A stretch of DNA of 64,000 nt from assembly GCF_038025025.1 (NCBI RefSeq), contig NW_027117341.1, positions 310,001-374,000 of the forward strand. Direction: 5' to 3'. Positions 48,701 through 63,464 of this stretch are shown piece after piece; position 1 is the stretch's first letter, and every line of letters begins with the position of its first letter. This DNA comes from Phyllosticta citribraziliensis. Lineage: Eukaryota. The notes below the pieces were generated by a model. It had not been told where the DNA came from and searched no databases. It was given only the letters and a program-made list of their open reading frames with translations. The position numbers and the translations under genes are program-made.

Positions 48701-50836
48701 CAACCCTGCGAGGCTAGGCGAATGCATTTCCCCAACAGAACCGAACGTGTTGTCGCCAAAAGGAGTCGCAAAGCGCTCCCGGTTTGGAGTTCCCACTGCT
48801 GGTTGATTGGAGGTCCAGGCCGAAGATCCGCCAAGCCCGGGTAAACCACCAAGGCCTCCAAGAGAAGGGAATCCACGATTAGCTCCCGCGCTTGAAGTTT
48901 GACTGCGATCACTAGCAGAGGCCTCGTACGCAGAAGACACATGTCCTAGTCCACCAAGGCCACCAAAGGAAGAAATGCCACCGCCGGCAGAGGCGGGGTG
49001 GTTCATGAAACCACCCAGTCCAGGCAGATGAGCGTTCTGGATGTCGGAACCATCGGTGTCGACGTCATCAGGCTCGCGTTTCTCGTGCTCGGGGCTTCGG
49101 TAAGGATTAGTGTCAGTTGGACTCATCGGCTCGTTGCCATGTCCACCCTGATGCTGGGGAGTTTGGTGGTCATAGGCGCCCCGTTGGAGAAAGCTGTTGA
49201 ACCCGGTATTGTCTGCGGTCATCCCAAAAGCTGCAAGCCCGGATTCATCACGAGATTCCTGACGGTTAGGCGTGCCAAAACCGGTAACGCGACGCCTAGG
49301 GGGACTCGTGTCTTGACCACCAAGAAGAGCAGCACTTCCCGAGCGAGCGTTCTCGTCCTGATCAATGTACGGGTCCGTGTCATTGCTGGTGGCGCGATTC
49401 TGCCGGGCTTCCATCCAGGGAGTCTGTCGGCCCTGGTCGCTTTCGGCAACTTTGCCAAGACTATTGAGAGAAGCCTTTTCTCTCAAAGTCTTGTGCAGCT
49501 CCTCGGAGCTATCCTTGTTCATTAAGCCTTTGAAACGAGACTCGCCTCGGAGGCCAGCAAGATTAGGTTTCTTGTCAGTAGGAGTGCTAGCTTGTCCAGT
49601 GTTGGTGCCAAGCGAAAAATTTCCAAAGCTGCCCATGGGCGAAAAGCCACCGCTCTGCGGCCCAGCGCTCCATGGAGAAGATGGGCCAGCGACGCCAGCG
49701 CTGAGTGGACCGGTGGCCATCCGCTTAAGAGCGCCAAAAGGGTTGTTGGCGGTCGTCTCGCCCTGGGACTTGTCTTTGTCGCGTTCTTCTTGAGTCGTGT
49801 TGACAGACGAGGGATCCTTGTAGTCCGTGCGTCGGCGAAGTAACGCGGGTGGCGGCACGGCGGCATTCGACTCTTGCGTAAATCTGCTCGAGGCTGGGGA
49901 AGCACCGGTGGCTGGGAATGGGAACGCATCTCCTGTATCGCGTCGGCGTGTGCTTGGACGGTTGGTTGTCGGAGAAGATAGACCGTAATTACCTGGACCA
50001 TTCGCATGGGAAACAGAGACCTTGCGCACACCATCCTTCGCAGTGTTGTCCTTGTTTGCATTCTGGTTGGGCATCTTGAGGGGCGAGTTGACAGACCCGG
50101 CAAAGTGCTAGAACACGCCAGTCAGCTACGCACCAATTTAATTGCAGACGTTGCATCAGTTGGGGGAGCAAGCTCGTGGTCGTTCGGAAATGCTGTCATT
50201 TCAGAAACGGCCGAGGGGGCGGGCAAAGCTCTGTGCGGTGCCGGTACTCACCTCCTTCTCCTCGTCGGTCATGTCGGTCAATGAAAGAGGTAAAATGTTT
50301 CCGTCCCTATCCCAACAAATGTCGGGGCCAGGTTGGCCTTCTTTGCCATGGTCACGGCCCCACGAATTTTCGGCGGCGCCATTCGAGACCTGAGGACCCC
50401 AGTTGCCGGCGTACAGACTGACCAATGCATCGTCAGAAGCAGAATAATGATTCTGGCGGAACAATGAAAGCAGCTGGTCACGGCCATAGCGATTCTCGGC
50501 GCTCGCAGTACCGTTTCGATGCTGCGGCGGCACGTAGACTCCAGGGCTCGTCGCGTTCTGGGTGCTGGCGGCGTTTGAGAGACTGGCGGCGTGCGAGGGA
50601 CGACGGAAGGTCTGAGTTGCGCCGTTTGCGCGTCGAGGCCTAGTTGGGTCAGCAGGTAAGAAGACTCGGGGTGCGACGTTTGGGGTGGTCCATGCAGATA
50701 GCGGTGGGCGTGTTGATGGCGCGTTGTAGGAATGGAGGTTCGGGAGAACTGACCAGTCGGCGCCAGAGTCTGCACGCGTCGAGTTGGCGTTTGAATTGCT
50801 GCCGGCGGCGGCAGAAGCAAATGTGGACGGGGCCAT
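45776..50836 (-). CDS. GYF-domain protein, Smy2/GIGYF family
   Basis: N-terminal RYGRDQLL motif, GYF domain [36 protein letters not shown] and KTLQQIQKEEE repeats, C-terminal YAEEFIRRRK. Multiple introns. Confidence 0.9.
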
Positions 50837-53800
50837 GGTGAAGATTCACGAAAAGAGGGCGAAACGGAGGGCGTTGAGTGGCGATTGGGAGCGAGACAGT
50901 TCTTGGTGACGAAATGTCGTTGTAAGGTGAGTTTTGTGCGTGCGGCGGTGGTTGATCGGGAGCGAGCAGAGCTACGGTGGAGCGGCGAGGGCCTCAAAGA
51001 GAGCGCGGAGCGGGTTCGGCGGAGATGCGGAGGTCGCTTGCTAAGAAACGGGTCGCTGGCTGCAGTCGAAAGCGTGAAGATGGAGGTTGAGCGGAGGGAG
51101 CTTGGTTGAAGGTCTAGCGGAAGGTAAGGTATCGCAAAGTTGGAAATCCGCTGCTCACGTGTGCCAAGCCGCTACCATCTCAGCCGCCCGTCGACTGACG
51201 CCACGCCTGACCTCAGCCTGGACGTCCCTTGCTTTGTCTACTATGATGTCCCCTACAAACCACTCAAGACCTCAGACGAACCGCAGTCGGCTCACCCTCA
51301 GCGATACCTTGGGAGCTCAATGACACCCTCTCCTGGCTTGCTGATCTGGCCCCAGCAAGTCAGAACTGAAATGCTTCCACGTAATACTTTGCCTTTGGGA
51401 CACACTCCCTGGGTCGCCGACGTCACGTATATCGAAATTTCCATCGAAATCGGACATCTGAAAGTATTCGCTTCTCCCTCTGCCCCAACAAACGGCCACC
51501 AGTGGTTTTACTCAACAGGACACGATTTACTCTAGCTGGACCTTGACTACCGCACATGACAGTAGCAGAAAAGACGAACTCACGTGCTTGAACCCTGGAG
51601 GAGGAGGAGGAGAACCTCGTGGTCGCCGCCACGGTCGAGGAGAGAAAATTTGTTGTGAAATTCACTCTGGAAATATGTACTTGGTCTCCTTCGCCAGACC
51701 AGCTACGTTGGCTGGACAGTTTCTTGAACTGGACCAGAACTCTCTCGGGAACCGAATGGGCGATTATTGCTGAGCTTGGGGAGGAGGGCCCCCAAGACGA
51801 CATGTTGTTTGAGCAGAGCTGATCCTGAGATCTCATCGCAACAGTGCGAAAGCGTCGTATCTGAGAAGACTTCCAAGCGCGATGCAACCAACCTTGTCTC
51901 TGCCGATTCCAACGAAGACACGAACGGTTCATCAGAGAGCGCTGAGAAGAGTCGGAAGCGGCAAAAAAATTTGTTTGCATTGCCATATTTTACGCTTTTG
52001 AATCCCACCAGATTGTGCTGTGCCTCGCTTCCGGACGCTGGCTTCTCTTCTCTCGCTCTTGACCTCCAACGATCTCAGCCCTCTCGGTTCCATCGCCTCA
52101 GGACCTCCGGACAAGGACAATTACCTCCAAGAGGAACATAACTTCTTCCTGGATGGAGACTGCTGGATGCTACCCCCAATGCGAATTATTCATGTCATGC
52201 TTCGGACAATCACCTGTTGTTTCGTGCCTAGGATTACTTGCTGGTTTTATTATTTTTTATTTCAACTCAGCCCCGCCTCACATGCCTTGATTGGAGGGAC
52301 ATCACTACATAGGTCAGTCTAGTCATCCCTAGAACCTGAAGAGTCATTAAAAAATTGATTCAACATCACTCCAAAGCGTCACTCATGCAACTTTCTGATG
52401 AAGAGGCAATCGTGACGTGTGAGCCAAAGCCATCCATCAACATTTAGACCTTCTCATCTTACCACCAGCGCACAAGAACCTTAGCAACCATCGAACAGAG
52501 AAGTCGTGTCATATTGCCGCATCATCTTCGATGAAGCACGACAAGGACGCTAGCGGCATCACAGCACGCGAACATCAACCCAAACCCCCAAATGCAACCG
52601 TATCACCGTTACAACAACGTATCCACGAAATCTGCCAATCCAGTTTCTACATCGATACTTGCGCCACACTGCCCCACCTTGCGCCATCCAACTCAATCCA
52701 TCGAGCGCACCGCCATTCATCGATGGCGTGATCAAGAAGATAACGGGGAGATGGAATGATGGCCGAATAACTATTTTTGCGAATAGGACAGTGAAATCAA
52801 TCCAGCATTTGCGTTGGGGAAACGTTCATTTGGCTTCGCTGAGTATGACGGGAAGATGGAGCTTCACTTGGTTTTTATTCCCCGTCGCCGCGTGTGTGAA
52901 GAGATTGATCGAGAGCCAATACATCTTCGTTGTACTCGTCAGTACTCGCGTGACAGGGAAGAGCAGGCAAAGGAACGAGAGGGTGAAAGTCAGTTGGCAA
53001 GAGCCGCTGAGATTTCGGAAACGAGTCCGATGATTGCTATTTAATCTTCCAGAGATGGTTATGGGACAACTCCTGTACTTCCGCGGCTTGCTGGTGACGC
53101 TGGTACACAAAAGCTTGAACTGGCTGCGATCAGACGGTTGTGGCCATGTCAGTGATTTATTTTGGTCGTACATGACATCGAATTTTTGAGGTCTTCATGT
53201 CTGATGCCGCCTTGGAACTAAAAGTACTGACATCTCGAGAGGAGACTCTTGCTTACATTGATTTCTTGACGAGGTATACATCAGCAGAAGTTCCCCCGAT
53301 GATGGTCTGTGTGACCGAGTCGAATCGCGGGAGAGCCTCGAGCGCATCATCCAAGGCCTTCATGCCAACACCTCCAACAATTAGCCTTTGCCTCAAAGGA
53401 CCGCACTAACTCCCTCTTCTCCAGTCCGTTTTGTCAGCCAATGTTCCTTCAGTCCCTAATACGCGTTGTGGGACGTCCAGCAACAGATTCTCGGGCCCCC
53501 TGATTGACCGAATCGGCCGCCGCTCAACGTTTTCTCAACAATATCGAACTCGGGTCAGCCATCGAGATGCACAGCACTGCGGACGAAGAACAGACGAAGA
53601 TGGAACAGAAATGTCGGAATGGCGGCGTAGAAATAGCCGTTATGGCAACGTCTCAACACTCAAGGGCGCCCGGTTGCACGTCAGCGCAGCTGCATTTGCT
53701 GCATTATCCGTACCAGAATGAATCCCTTTTGACGGATCCATTGTTCCGATGGAAAATTTTCTCCTGGCTTCCCAATTAACGTGGACGACAGATGTTGGTA

Positions 53801-56800
53801 GAACCCTCCCTCGACGTGTTGAAGCACCCCAACCTCACAGACGAGGACCAACGAGCAACCATCCCTTGTTCCCTCCCCAGCCGAGGAGCAGCGAGACGCG
53901 CATCTCGATGACGAGACAAGACCTGAGTTCCGAACCTCAGTGTACCGCGCCTCGCGCACACGTTGGAATTTCCAACATGGACTGTTGAAGGAATACCGAC
54001 GACGCAGGTGCAACGCCACGCAAGTTCCGCACACCGTCGCAGAACCTCAGAATCGCGACGAAAGAGATACATCTTCCACAATGGCATCAATGTAGCATGG
54101 ACAACTCGACAGTGTTTCTGTCATGCGGAGAGGATCTCAAGATCTATACTCTCAGGGGTTGGTCGAGGATGTGTGAACAGGACGCTGCGTACCTGTTATG
54201 GATACCTTTCCAGGTTCAAGGGGCTGAAAGTCGTGGGATAAAGAGTAGGCTGCGCGTCGCTTGGTGGCATGGGCGAAGACATTGTGAAAACAGCTCGGAT
54301 TGCGGCCAGCGCGCAAGGCGCGCGAGACGGCGATAATAAGACGTCTAGCGAACAAAGAGAACAAGAGAAATGACTAGACGACGACTATCTCAGACCTCAA
54401 AGCAAACAAACAAGAAATCGAGGGTGCGCCGCAGGCGTGTTTGCCACTCGGTCAATGTAGAATTCAGCAGACCCTCCGTGGCCGACCGAGTCAAAACGGT
54501 GAAAACGGTGGTGTGACGCATGGATGAAATAATACAAACAAGAGTGGCAGGATTGGGTCTTCAGTTCCTCTTTGAGCTCTGACCTCAAGTTGTTTGCGCA
54601 TGTCGATGGGAGGATCCCAAGTGAACAAGTTGGCTTGTATGTCTTGCAATTCGTAAAGACACAACTGGCGAGTGCCAGTCTCCATAAATCTAGGGGGAAA
54701 GAAGCACCACAGAGCGCTGTGATACAATTTCATAGGACCCTCCTCTTCTGGATATCTGAAAGTCAGTAGCAAATGCACACCATCTCCTTGACTCAAATGG
54801 TCTGCCAAAAACATGCTCGATCTTCTGGAAAACATATCAAAAGGGGTTTGATGGTCTGAAAAAAGCAGAAGGGAACTCTGCGCACGACAAGAGACATGAT
54901 TCTCTGCATGTTGCCTTTGTCATGGAACAGGACATTCAACACAAACGGTTAGATGCCGATGATGCCGAGACAGTGTAAACAGAAGCTCAACCACCAGACT
55001 GACACCAAGGCATCAGACCGATCCCCTCGGCCAAGCGGAGCAGTAAAAAGGAGAGCCGAAAAGCATTTGAAAAGCAGAAAACCGTGCATCCAAACCATCC
55101 AAAAAATCGCCAGAATCAGCACGACGACCGTCTTTTCGAATGACTCGAAAACATTGAAAGTCTGAATCTCTGCCCGTCTTCTTCCTAGGAGAACGACGAC
55201 GACGAACGAAACATGTGGCACAGAAGGCCCGTATGGTCGTGCCGGACGGTATTTCTACTATACGGCCTATGCGCCTGGTGGCAAGTGGGTCCCGCATCGG
55301 AAAACTATTGGCTCGCGGCGATCCATTCCCCACAATGGACGCAGTCGATCGGCGGGAACCGCACTACTGCTTGCGCATATGCATAACACCGTGTCAAACG
55401 GTCGGCCGTCGTCTGGTGAGCTTTGGAGGACCTCGGTAATCCATAATTCTTTTGTTTTGTTTTGGCGCTTGCGTTTGCCGTGACTTCCTCGATAAACCCG
55501 TGGGGCCCGCATCTCTTCTTGCTCCTTTCTCGAAGCAAAGGGATGGAGGAACCGGAATGCAGAGATGCGGCGTCATCTTGTAGATCACCGAGCACGATGA
55601 GACTCTGGGGTGTTGTTATGTCATCAATGAAAGTGGAAAGACGGCGTGTGGAAAATACAGAGCCTAAGCGACATTGCTGGGCTATTTATATGGGAAATAA
55701 ATGTCTTGATCGGCTAGAGCTGAACCAGAGATTCTCGGTCAGACGGCGATATTGGATTTGACGCGCCGCAGTTCATATTAGACGCGTGTTAGACGACCAT
55801 AGCGCCGTACTCTTGTCGTAGCGAAGATTCCCCTGGGATTCATACAAACCGACTTCGGATCTTCCGCTCTCTCCCGCAATGGCATCATCGGTCATACTCA
55901 TGACTGGATGGGCATCCCAAGTTGTGATGCAGAGCCATTGGGTCTTGATAAGACGTGGCTGTGGTTCGAATCATTAGCAGAAGCCGGTGATGGATTGGAA
56001 TAACAATCTCCTTGAATATCCAGAACGGATCAATAAGAGGAGGGAAAAGGAGAGCTTGCAAAGTAGATCACGATTTCGGTCTCCATTGGAAGCAGATGAA
56101 TAGCAGGTGGATGTAGAAGGTCGGCGACGGGACGCATCCTGGTGCAACAGAGCACTTGATAGCTTTGACGTTTGCCACAGTCATACAGGGGTCTTTCGAG
56201 ATTCGTAAAAGTCGACGCTCGGTCTAGAACCCTACTCGAATGGTTCCAGTTTCGATTCAGACGTCCGACATACATATCGAAGTGGGTCGATGCTGTGCCA
56301 CGGCCCATGAAAAGGCCAATCATGGCAAGATGCTTGACACTGTTAGAAAGCTCTCTTAGGACGGTTCGAGAAGGCAACGTCGTGGCTCCGTGGTTCACGT
56401 ACAAATAGTGCCGAGCTCGCGTAATGATGTCGAGGGACACGATTCAAGCCGTCGGCGTGAATGACGGACATGGAGGGTTGCAAAGTAGTCCCTGTCAGCG
56501 GTTGGTGGAACAATGCCGCAGGTGATTTCCTGGAGAAGCGGCGCAACGCCCGTCAGGGCACCAATGTCCAAACGCAGCCCATGCTCTTCAAATTCAAGAG
56601 GAATTTTGTGAGGTCGCAAAATAATCAGGGAGCATCGCAGTAATCTCCGCGACCCTATCCCGAGCGCAAGCTGGGCAGATCCACGCAGACAGTACGGGAG
56701 GCGCCATTCGACAAACCCACATCGATCGCGGGCGGCGCAGCCGGCAGCATGCTGTTCAACCCAACGAAGGGCTGGTTCGATTTTGACCGCGCGAACGCGC

Positions 56801-57017
56801 TTGTCACGTCGCGGCATTCTTTCTCCCCTCCTTGCCCCGCTACCCACAACCTCAGTTGACGTTTCGGAACGCGATCTCGAACAATCCGCGATACTCTGTC
56901 CCCGATCGACAACGAGGTCCGCTCATTCTTGAAAAGGCGCTTGACATTGGCCGCAGCTTGATTGCGGCTCCGTAGTGTCAGAAGCGCAGTTCCCCCAGCT
57001 GTCCGGATCTTTCAGAT

Positions 57018-59068
57018 ATGTCAAGCAAGGGTACGCGTCGGCGTAAGGAATCGAAAAATCTTTCGCAGGGCCAAATTCCTACCACCTCCAAGACTTCACG
57101 GACTCCGTCGACGAGCGCGATCAAATCCGAGACTTCGAGAAGGGCCTCATTGGCACCTGCGCCCTCGCCATCCGCAGGCGAGAGGAGCGACGACGCGACG
57201 AGCCCACAACCCTCCGAGAAGCCCAAAGGCAAAGCCACGCGCACCCACGTCACCAACGTCGCGTGCACGCCATGCCAGAATCGAAAATCCAAATGCGATG
57301 GGAAACGACCGACGTGCGCTTCGTGCGAGGCAAGAGGCCGCACCGATTGTTTCTACGACATGGACGGGGACAAGCGGAGGACATCGGCTCTGAAGCAGAC
57401 AAACCAAAGATTGAAACAAGAGAACGAGGATCTCAAGGATGTGATCAGGGAAATCTGCGCTGCGCGCGACACAGCGTCAGCGGTTGAGATTGCGAGGCGA
57501 TTACCTCCCGATGATTTTCAAAGCGTGGAGGAGGTGGCGGCTCTGCTTAAGCGACGGCAAGGCGCAAATGAGAGAATTGTCGGAGAAAAACAACTTGCGG
57601 AAAAAAGAACTGGAAGGAGTAGCGCGGAGAGAAGCATGGACATTGACGCTGCCCCACAAGATGTCAACATCGATTCCGTCCTCGAGACCGCAAACACGAC
57701 TTATGGCGCCCAGATACCATTTCCGCCCCCGAGCTCAGACAGGGCCGTGGATTTGAATGGCAGGGGACCGGCGCACTTTGCCCATATCAACACTCCGGTA
57801 AGATGCCTTGAAGCTTTCCGAGTGACCACGTCGTGACATTGCCGTTTATGTAACCCTCGCTGATACCTTCAAGGCGTGGCAGGATGCAGGTCGATCCAGC
57901 GGTTCGGTGTCTGTTTCGTCTCCGTCAACGCCCGGCCTTCCATACGTCACCAACTCCTCCCATGACATGCTGGCACAACAGCCTCTGAGTTCGGGAGGAG
58001 GCGTCTTTTACTCAAACACCCTCGGCCGGGAAGGCCTTCGCGGTCAAAATTCGTGGCGGTACTTTCAACCGGAAAATTCTCAGCGCGAGACCATTCAATG
58101 GATGTCAAGAACGGAGGGCTATCCCGTAGAAGAAATGCCTGTCGCTGGATTGGACCAGGTGCACAGCGCCAGCATGCCCGAATATTCTCTTCAGCCCCCA
58201 GATATGGCGGCAGAGGACCAATTCACCGCCGAATTCCTCTTGTTCATCCGGAGACGAAAGGATTTGTACGCTCAGCCGATAGGATGGCTGTCTGAGCGTG
58301 ATCCGACGGAGACCGGAGACGCGGTGAATTCGTTGCTACTGTGCCAGATGGAGAGCGGGATTCCAGCTCTAAGTGAGAACCCAAATGTTGCCGAATTTGT
58401 GGCCAGCATCATAGGGCAAATGATGTACCCTGGGATCGCGGAAAGGGTGGCCATGTTTTACTTGATGGTCAAGTATCTCAACGTTAGTAAGCCATACATC
58501 GGAATGGCGCGTTGCGTTCTTCCAAATGGCCATGTCCAATCACTGACAGCATCCAAGTGGCGCATTTTTCCAACCATGGAGTATTACCACGCGATTCCCG
58601 AGTGTCTCAAGCCCACCGCTGAGCAAAGTGTCGTTCCACACCCGGCCTGGGTTGATTTTTTGCCCTGGTAAATCCTAGCTCTTTCCATTTCGTACGCTCC
58701 CATCTGGAGACTCCAGTAATCTGACATTTCCAAGGCCTCGTCTCAGGGACGAGTTCATCTCCAGACCGGATTTGGCAGGACAGGGAAACGCGCTTTTGAC
58801 TCTCTCACAGCTCACGAGAGTCAATTGGCCACCCGAAGTTCCTCTTCCATTCGACTATCGTGCCGGAGACTGGAGGATGCCGAATCTTGGTACGGCAATG
58901 GAACGACTCCCGGACGCGTTTAAGCAGCACGTCGCCAACGCGAGCAACTGGTCTCTAGATTCCAGCGTCGACAGTTTTTACCCCAACATTATCTTTACTG
59001 ACAAAGTTTGGGTCCAGCCGCCGCTTTCCGCGAGATTATCCGACGATTCCATGATGTTCGACACATGA
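57018..59068 (+). CDS. Zn(II)2Cys6 transcription factor with coiled coil and DUF3425-like C-terminus
   Basis: CTPCQNRKSKCDGKRPTCASCEARGRTDC, LKQENEDLK coiled coil, PTAEQSVVPHPAWVDFLPW|PRLRD and NWSLD. Several introns. Confidence 0.85.
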
Positions 59069-60742
59069 GTGTGGATAGGATTTGAGGCTGGATGGCGCGG
59101 CGAAGTTTCCGGCGGTGTCTCGATACGTCATTCGCAGGCCCTCTGCAGATCCGTTCGTACTTTAAAAATGGCTTCAGCCTCTGTTGCGCGCCGCGCTCTT
59201 GACAAGGAGGACTGAGTGTTGCCTGCAAGATCGAACCGCGTCTCGATTGTTGTGGAAACTGCGAGCCCTAGCGCCCCGTTCGTGAGAGAAAGAGGTGGGA
59301 GGGTCTCGTTAGCAGAGGTATCGGATTCGCTGCAGTCAGAAACAGCTGCATTTGAGTTTTGGTAGCAGTACTTGCCGTCGCGGTATGTAAGATGAAGCCA
59401 GAGGCGAGTCGAGGTGAAGGCTGTCGACAAGGAGAGAGGCAGACGGGAAGGTGCTGCGAGAAGGGACGTCCTTGGGTTTGTAAGGTATGCCTCCCCAGAA
59501 ATTCATGAAAGATAAGAGGCTTGCGCATGAGTAATCCAGCTCGCTGGCTCGAGTGTGAGATGATGGGAGAGCGTCGTAACAGTACTCCAAGAGGTGGCCA
59601 GCGCAAAAGCCGACTCGCTTCTTCCCCGCTTGGCTCAACCAACGATATCACTACTGCATCGAACCGCCCTTGGTCCTGAGCCAGAATTTGGCAGTTTCCG
59701 CTTCTTCTCTGAACAGTCACGGCCTTGCTGTGCTCCACCAAGAGCCAGGATGGGCATTTCCGTTTGCCCAATCTTGCCCCACTTCTATTACCTCTCTGCT
59801 CTCTCTCTTTGTTTGCACCGGGCACAAACCTCTATCGCGCGTTGGAACACCAATCAATGGCCAGGCCCGGAAAATCGTCACAATAAGAGTTTTCAATCCC
59901 CGAATTGGACGACGTCTATCAACATAGCACCCTCCGCCCCCCAGCAACGTCATTTGGTTGGATGATCGCCATGTCCCTTGCGGAGCATCCGGCTGTAAGC
60001 CACGGCAATGGTCTACGCAACACCCAGAACCATCTCGGCGAATTTGCAGTAAGTCTGGACATCAGGAAGACTCGGACTGATCACGCAGAATAGACTGAGC
60101 GGCCTGACGAAGCGCTTGGAGCCGGCTACTCTTTCAACGAAACAAGCCAAACGGGTTGCGCAAGGCCAGAAGAAAAAAAAAGCCATGCAAGGCCTGCAGT
60201 CGCTCCAACAAGCCCCGCGCTCCGCGGCATCGGAAGAGGCCAGGCCATTATTTTGTGCTTGCTCACACCCGAACCCACTCAGCCAACACCATGCTGTGCT
60301 ACCATACGATGCTACCATACACAATCTGCGGGGGTCGACCAGTCGACCACAGAAACTGTCATATTCGCGCCAGTCCGTCATCATTAGGCCCAGAAGATGA
60401 GCCGATGTCGAATGCTGGATGGATACAATTTGCCAATCTCAGTCGCGCTCGATTAGCTCTGCTGTACGACCACGGACACGGGGCGAGTTCCCAGTTGCAC
60501 CGCAGAGGAGATAATTCAGGGTTCGACCGGCCATAGACAAGGCGATGGAAAAAGACCGGATTCAGGCTGGGAGCGCGCAGACAGCAAGAAAATCCCACCT
60601 CTCTCTCAACAACCCCATAAACACAACAAGGGCCGAGTCTTGCCCCTTCACATCCCTCTCCAACCCGCAACCCCAGCGCGCCCACGGCAAAGTCTCAATC
60701 CCTAGCACCACTACCAACGCACCCGGAAACGACACGGTTTTC

Positions 60743-60772
60743 CCAAAGGGGGGGCCAAAGGGGGGGCCAAAG
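60743..60772. repeat. 12-bp tandem repeat CCAAAGGGGGGG x2.5
   Basis: ccaaaggggggg ccaaaggggggg ccaaag directly visible. Confidence 0.75.
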
Positions 60773-61610
60773 CGTCGGTCGACTGTCGGTCGACCGTCCG
60801 TCCCGTAGCCGTCAGCATCGTCAGGAGCACGACCCGTTCGCCCGCTCCAGCGCACCAACCTCCCACGGACACACACGGCAAACAGACCTAATGCCCGCGT
60901 GGTCCGGCACCGCAGCGCCCGCACAGACAGGTGAGAGCGGAAAGCAGGGCCGGGCTGCCGAAGCTGTCCGTCTGTCCGTCCGTCCACGTTGGGGGCTTTC
61001 TGTTGTGCAATGGGATGCGATGCAAATTGCACGTGCACCACGACACAACAACGACAGGGCCGCCATCTCTCAAGCCCAGGCACGGTACAATTGACAATCT
61101 TTCAAGGAACGCCCATCAGCCACGGCTAGGAACGAGCAAGGAGAAAAAACCAGACACCAGCGGGACTGCCATCATTGCCTCCATCCCTCTGCTCAACAGA
61201 GGCGGCAAATCATGCTCCTGGCGCTGCTGCTGTGACGGCAATTTCCAAAATGGATATCGTCGTTCGTCACTGGCCTCGACGGCTCCGCCGACCTCAGACT
61301 TGATCTGGTAGAGTGTGCATCTGACAGTCTATACAATCAGCGATGCGCTGAAGAAACCAGGGAAAAGTCGAATGAAGCACATCGCGCGGCAAGGATTGCT
61401 CTGACTTGAATACTAGCAGTCTCAATCTGCCCCTTTGACGATCTTTAGCAGCGCTCTCAACAAGACATCCAGATGAGCATACCAGCGGCATCTCCACGCC
61501 CTTAACGCACAAGGACCACAATGGTGTAGCAAAAAATGAGATTTCTCTCCTGACTTTCCACTTCTATGGACATGATCCAACCCCAGGAAAAGCTCTCCGT
61601 CACCCAACAA

Positions 61611-62749
61611 TCACAGCGCCGGGAACCAAATCCAACAGACGGCAACCACAAACTTGATGGCCGCCACAACCCACAGCGAACACATGATGCCGCCCGTCTT
61701 CTTCGAGATCCACCCACCAGCAATAGCGCCCAGCAGGGTCAGCACAAACGCGACAACGCGGCGATTCCTCTTCGCATTGGCGCTCAGCGGCGCCACCAGA
61801 CTCGGGTCGCTAAAAAGATCGCACAGCAAGCTAGTCAAGACGAGCGTGGGCACCTCATTCAAGCCGACAGCCCTGCTGACGACGATCTGGGCGGCGCCCT
61901 GGAAGCTGAGCAGCGCGATGGGGCCCAGCTCGTTCCAGCGCGGGGTGCCGTCCGGGTTGGGGGGCTGCGGGACGGAGCCGTCGATGACGTGGGCCTGGGC
62001 CAGGCTGGCGGCCACGACGACGAAGACGCTCTGCAGCAGGTACGACAGGAGCAGCGTGAAGCGGCGGCGCGCGCCCAGCTCGTTGACGATGCGGCTGAAG
62101 AAGAAGGAGCCGCAGATGAAGGCGACGAGCGACGTCAGCGAGCGCACCCAGCCGTAGGGCTTGCTGTTTTGCCCGGAGGCGCCCAGTGCGATGAAGATTG
62201 TGTTGCCGGTTTGCATCGAGACGAAGGTGCTGAATGCTGTTGCGGTCGCGGTTAGCTGGTTGTTGACATCATAAGAGAGGTGTTGTGTTTGTTTGTCTTT
62301 CTGCCCCCGGCAATCACCGTCTGAGGTATGCTCGTGTCTTCCACGACCCATCGCAACCCTCGGACAAAAACGCAAGTTTGGAGACGAAGCAAAGGACAAA
62401 AAAAAAAAAGAAAAAGAAAAAAAAGAGAAAAAGACGAACCATTGTACAGCGTGCTATCCGTCAAGCCCGCACAAAAGCACGTAGCCAACAACGGCACGTC
62501 AACATGCGTCGTGTCAATCTCCGCCCAGACCCTGTGCCGCCAGTAGCGCCACCAGCGGCCACCGGTACCTTTCTTGGCTGTACCGTTGCTGGCGGCGCCA
62601 CCGCCCGGCAGAACGGCGTCTTCCATCTGCGTCGGCGTGTGAGTGTGGTGGCTGCTGGTGGATGACGAGACGACGCCTGCGTCGGAAAGGGTGCCGTAGC
62701 CATTGTTGTTGTTCGCCGGCTGGCTGCTTTTTAGCGCACGTGCGCTCAT
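61611..62749 (-). CDS. DUF1275 / YoaK-family membrane protein
   Basis: Exon 1 62749-62440 (CFCAGLTDSTLYN), intron 62439-62237, then AFSTFVSMQTGNTIF, LLSFQ, NEVPTLVLTS, DLFSDP and RNRR motifs. Confidence 0.88.
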
Positions 62750-63464
62750 TTTTGGCGTGAGGTGGTGGTGACTCTTTCTTTCCTTAGGCGGGTACGTTGG
62801 ATTCCTCAGGGTATGGTGCAAGGTACATGTACCTTGGCCTGTTTCGGCAGCGTCGAGTACCAGAGGGCGAGTCGCGGAGGGCGTTGCAGTGTTTTGGCAG
62901 AGAAATAGTAGCAGAGAACACTACGGCGCTGCTGTCCACGATATCGGCCGAGTGTCAGTTGAGGTCTGGTTTATCGAGCCGACGATGACATGCGATGGTT
63001 CCTTTGGTGGGCTCAGATCCGATTCCGACTGCCGTGGACTGGAGTGTGCGCGTGCGCGTGCGCGGTCCGAGTGGTGCGCCTCGGGCTGTGATTGGACGGC
63101 GCGGCAGCAGTACCCTAAGGCAAGGCAGCGTCGCAGGCGAAAGAGTTGCTGACCACCACCACCGACAACGATCGTCGAACAGGTGGTCTTTTGTCAGAGT
63201 GGTTTGGAAAAGGGATTGGTCTCTCGCTTTATATCCAGAATGCCCCGCGCGTTGATACGGTCGGTTTCAAACTTCTATTCCATGTTGCTTTTCGCGGGCG
63301 GCCCTTTGGCGCCTGAAACATCTCACCCGTCTTCTTGACTCGGCCGCCTTCTGCTACTCGATTGGCATTGATAGGTATCTTGTGCCACCTTCAGTCTCTT
63401 CATGCGGGCGCTCAATCAATCCATGGAGTGTTGCCAAACCCAGCGACGAATCTTCTCCGTCGAC

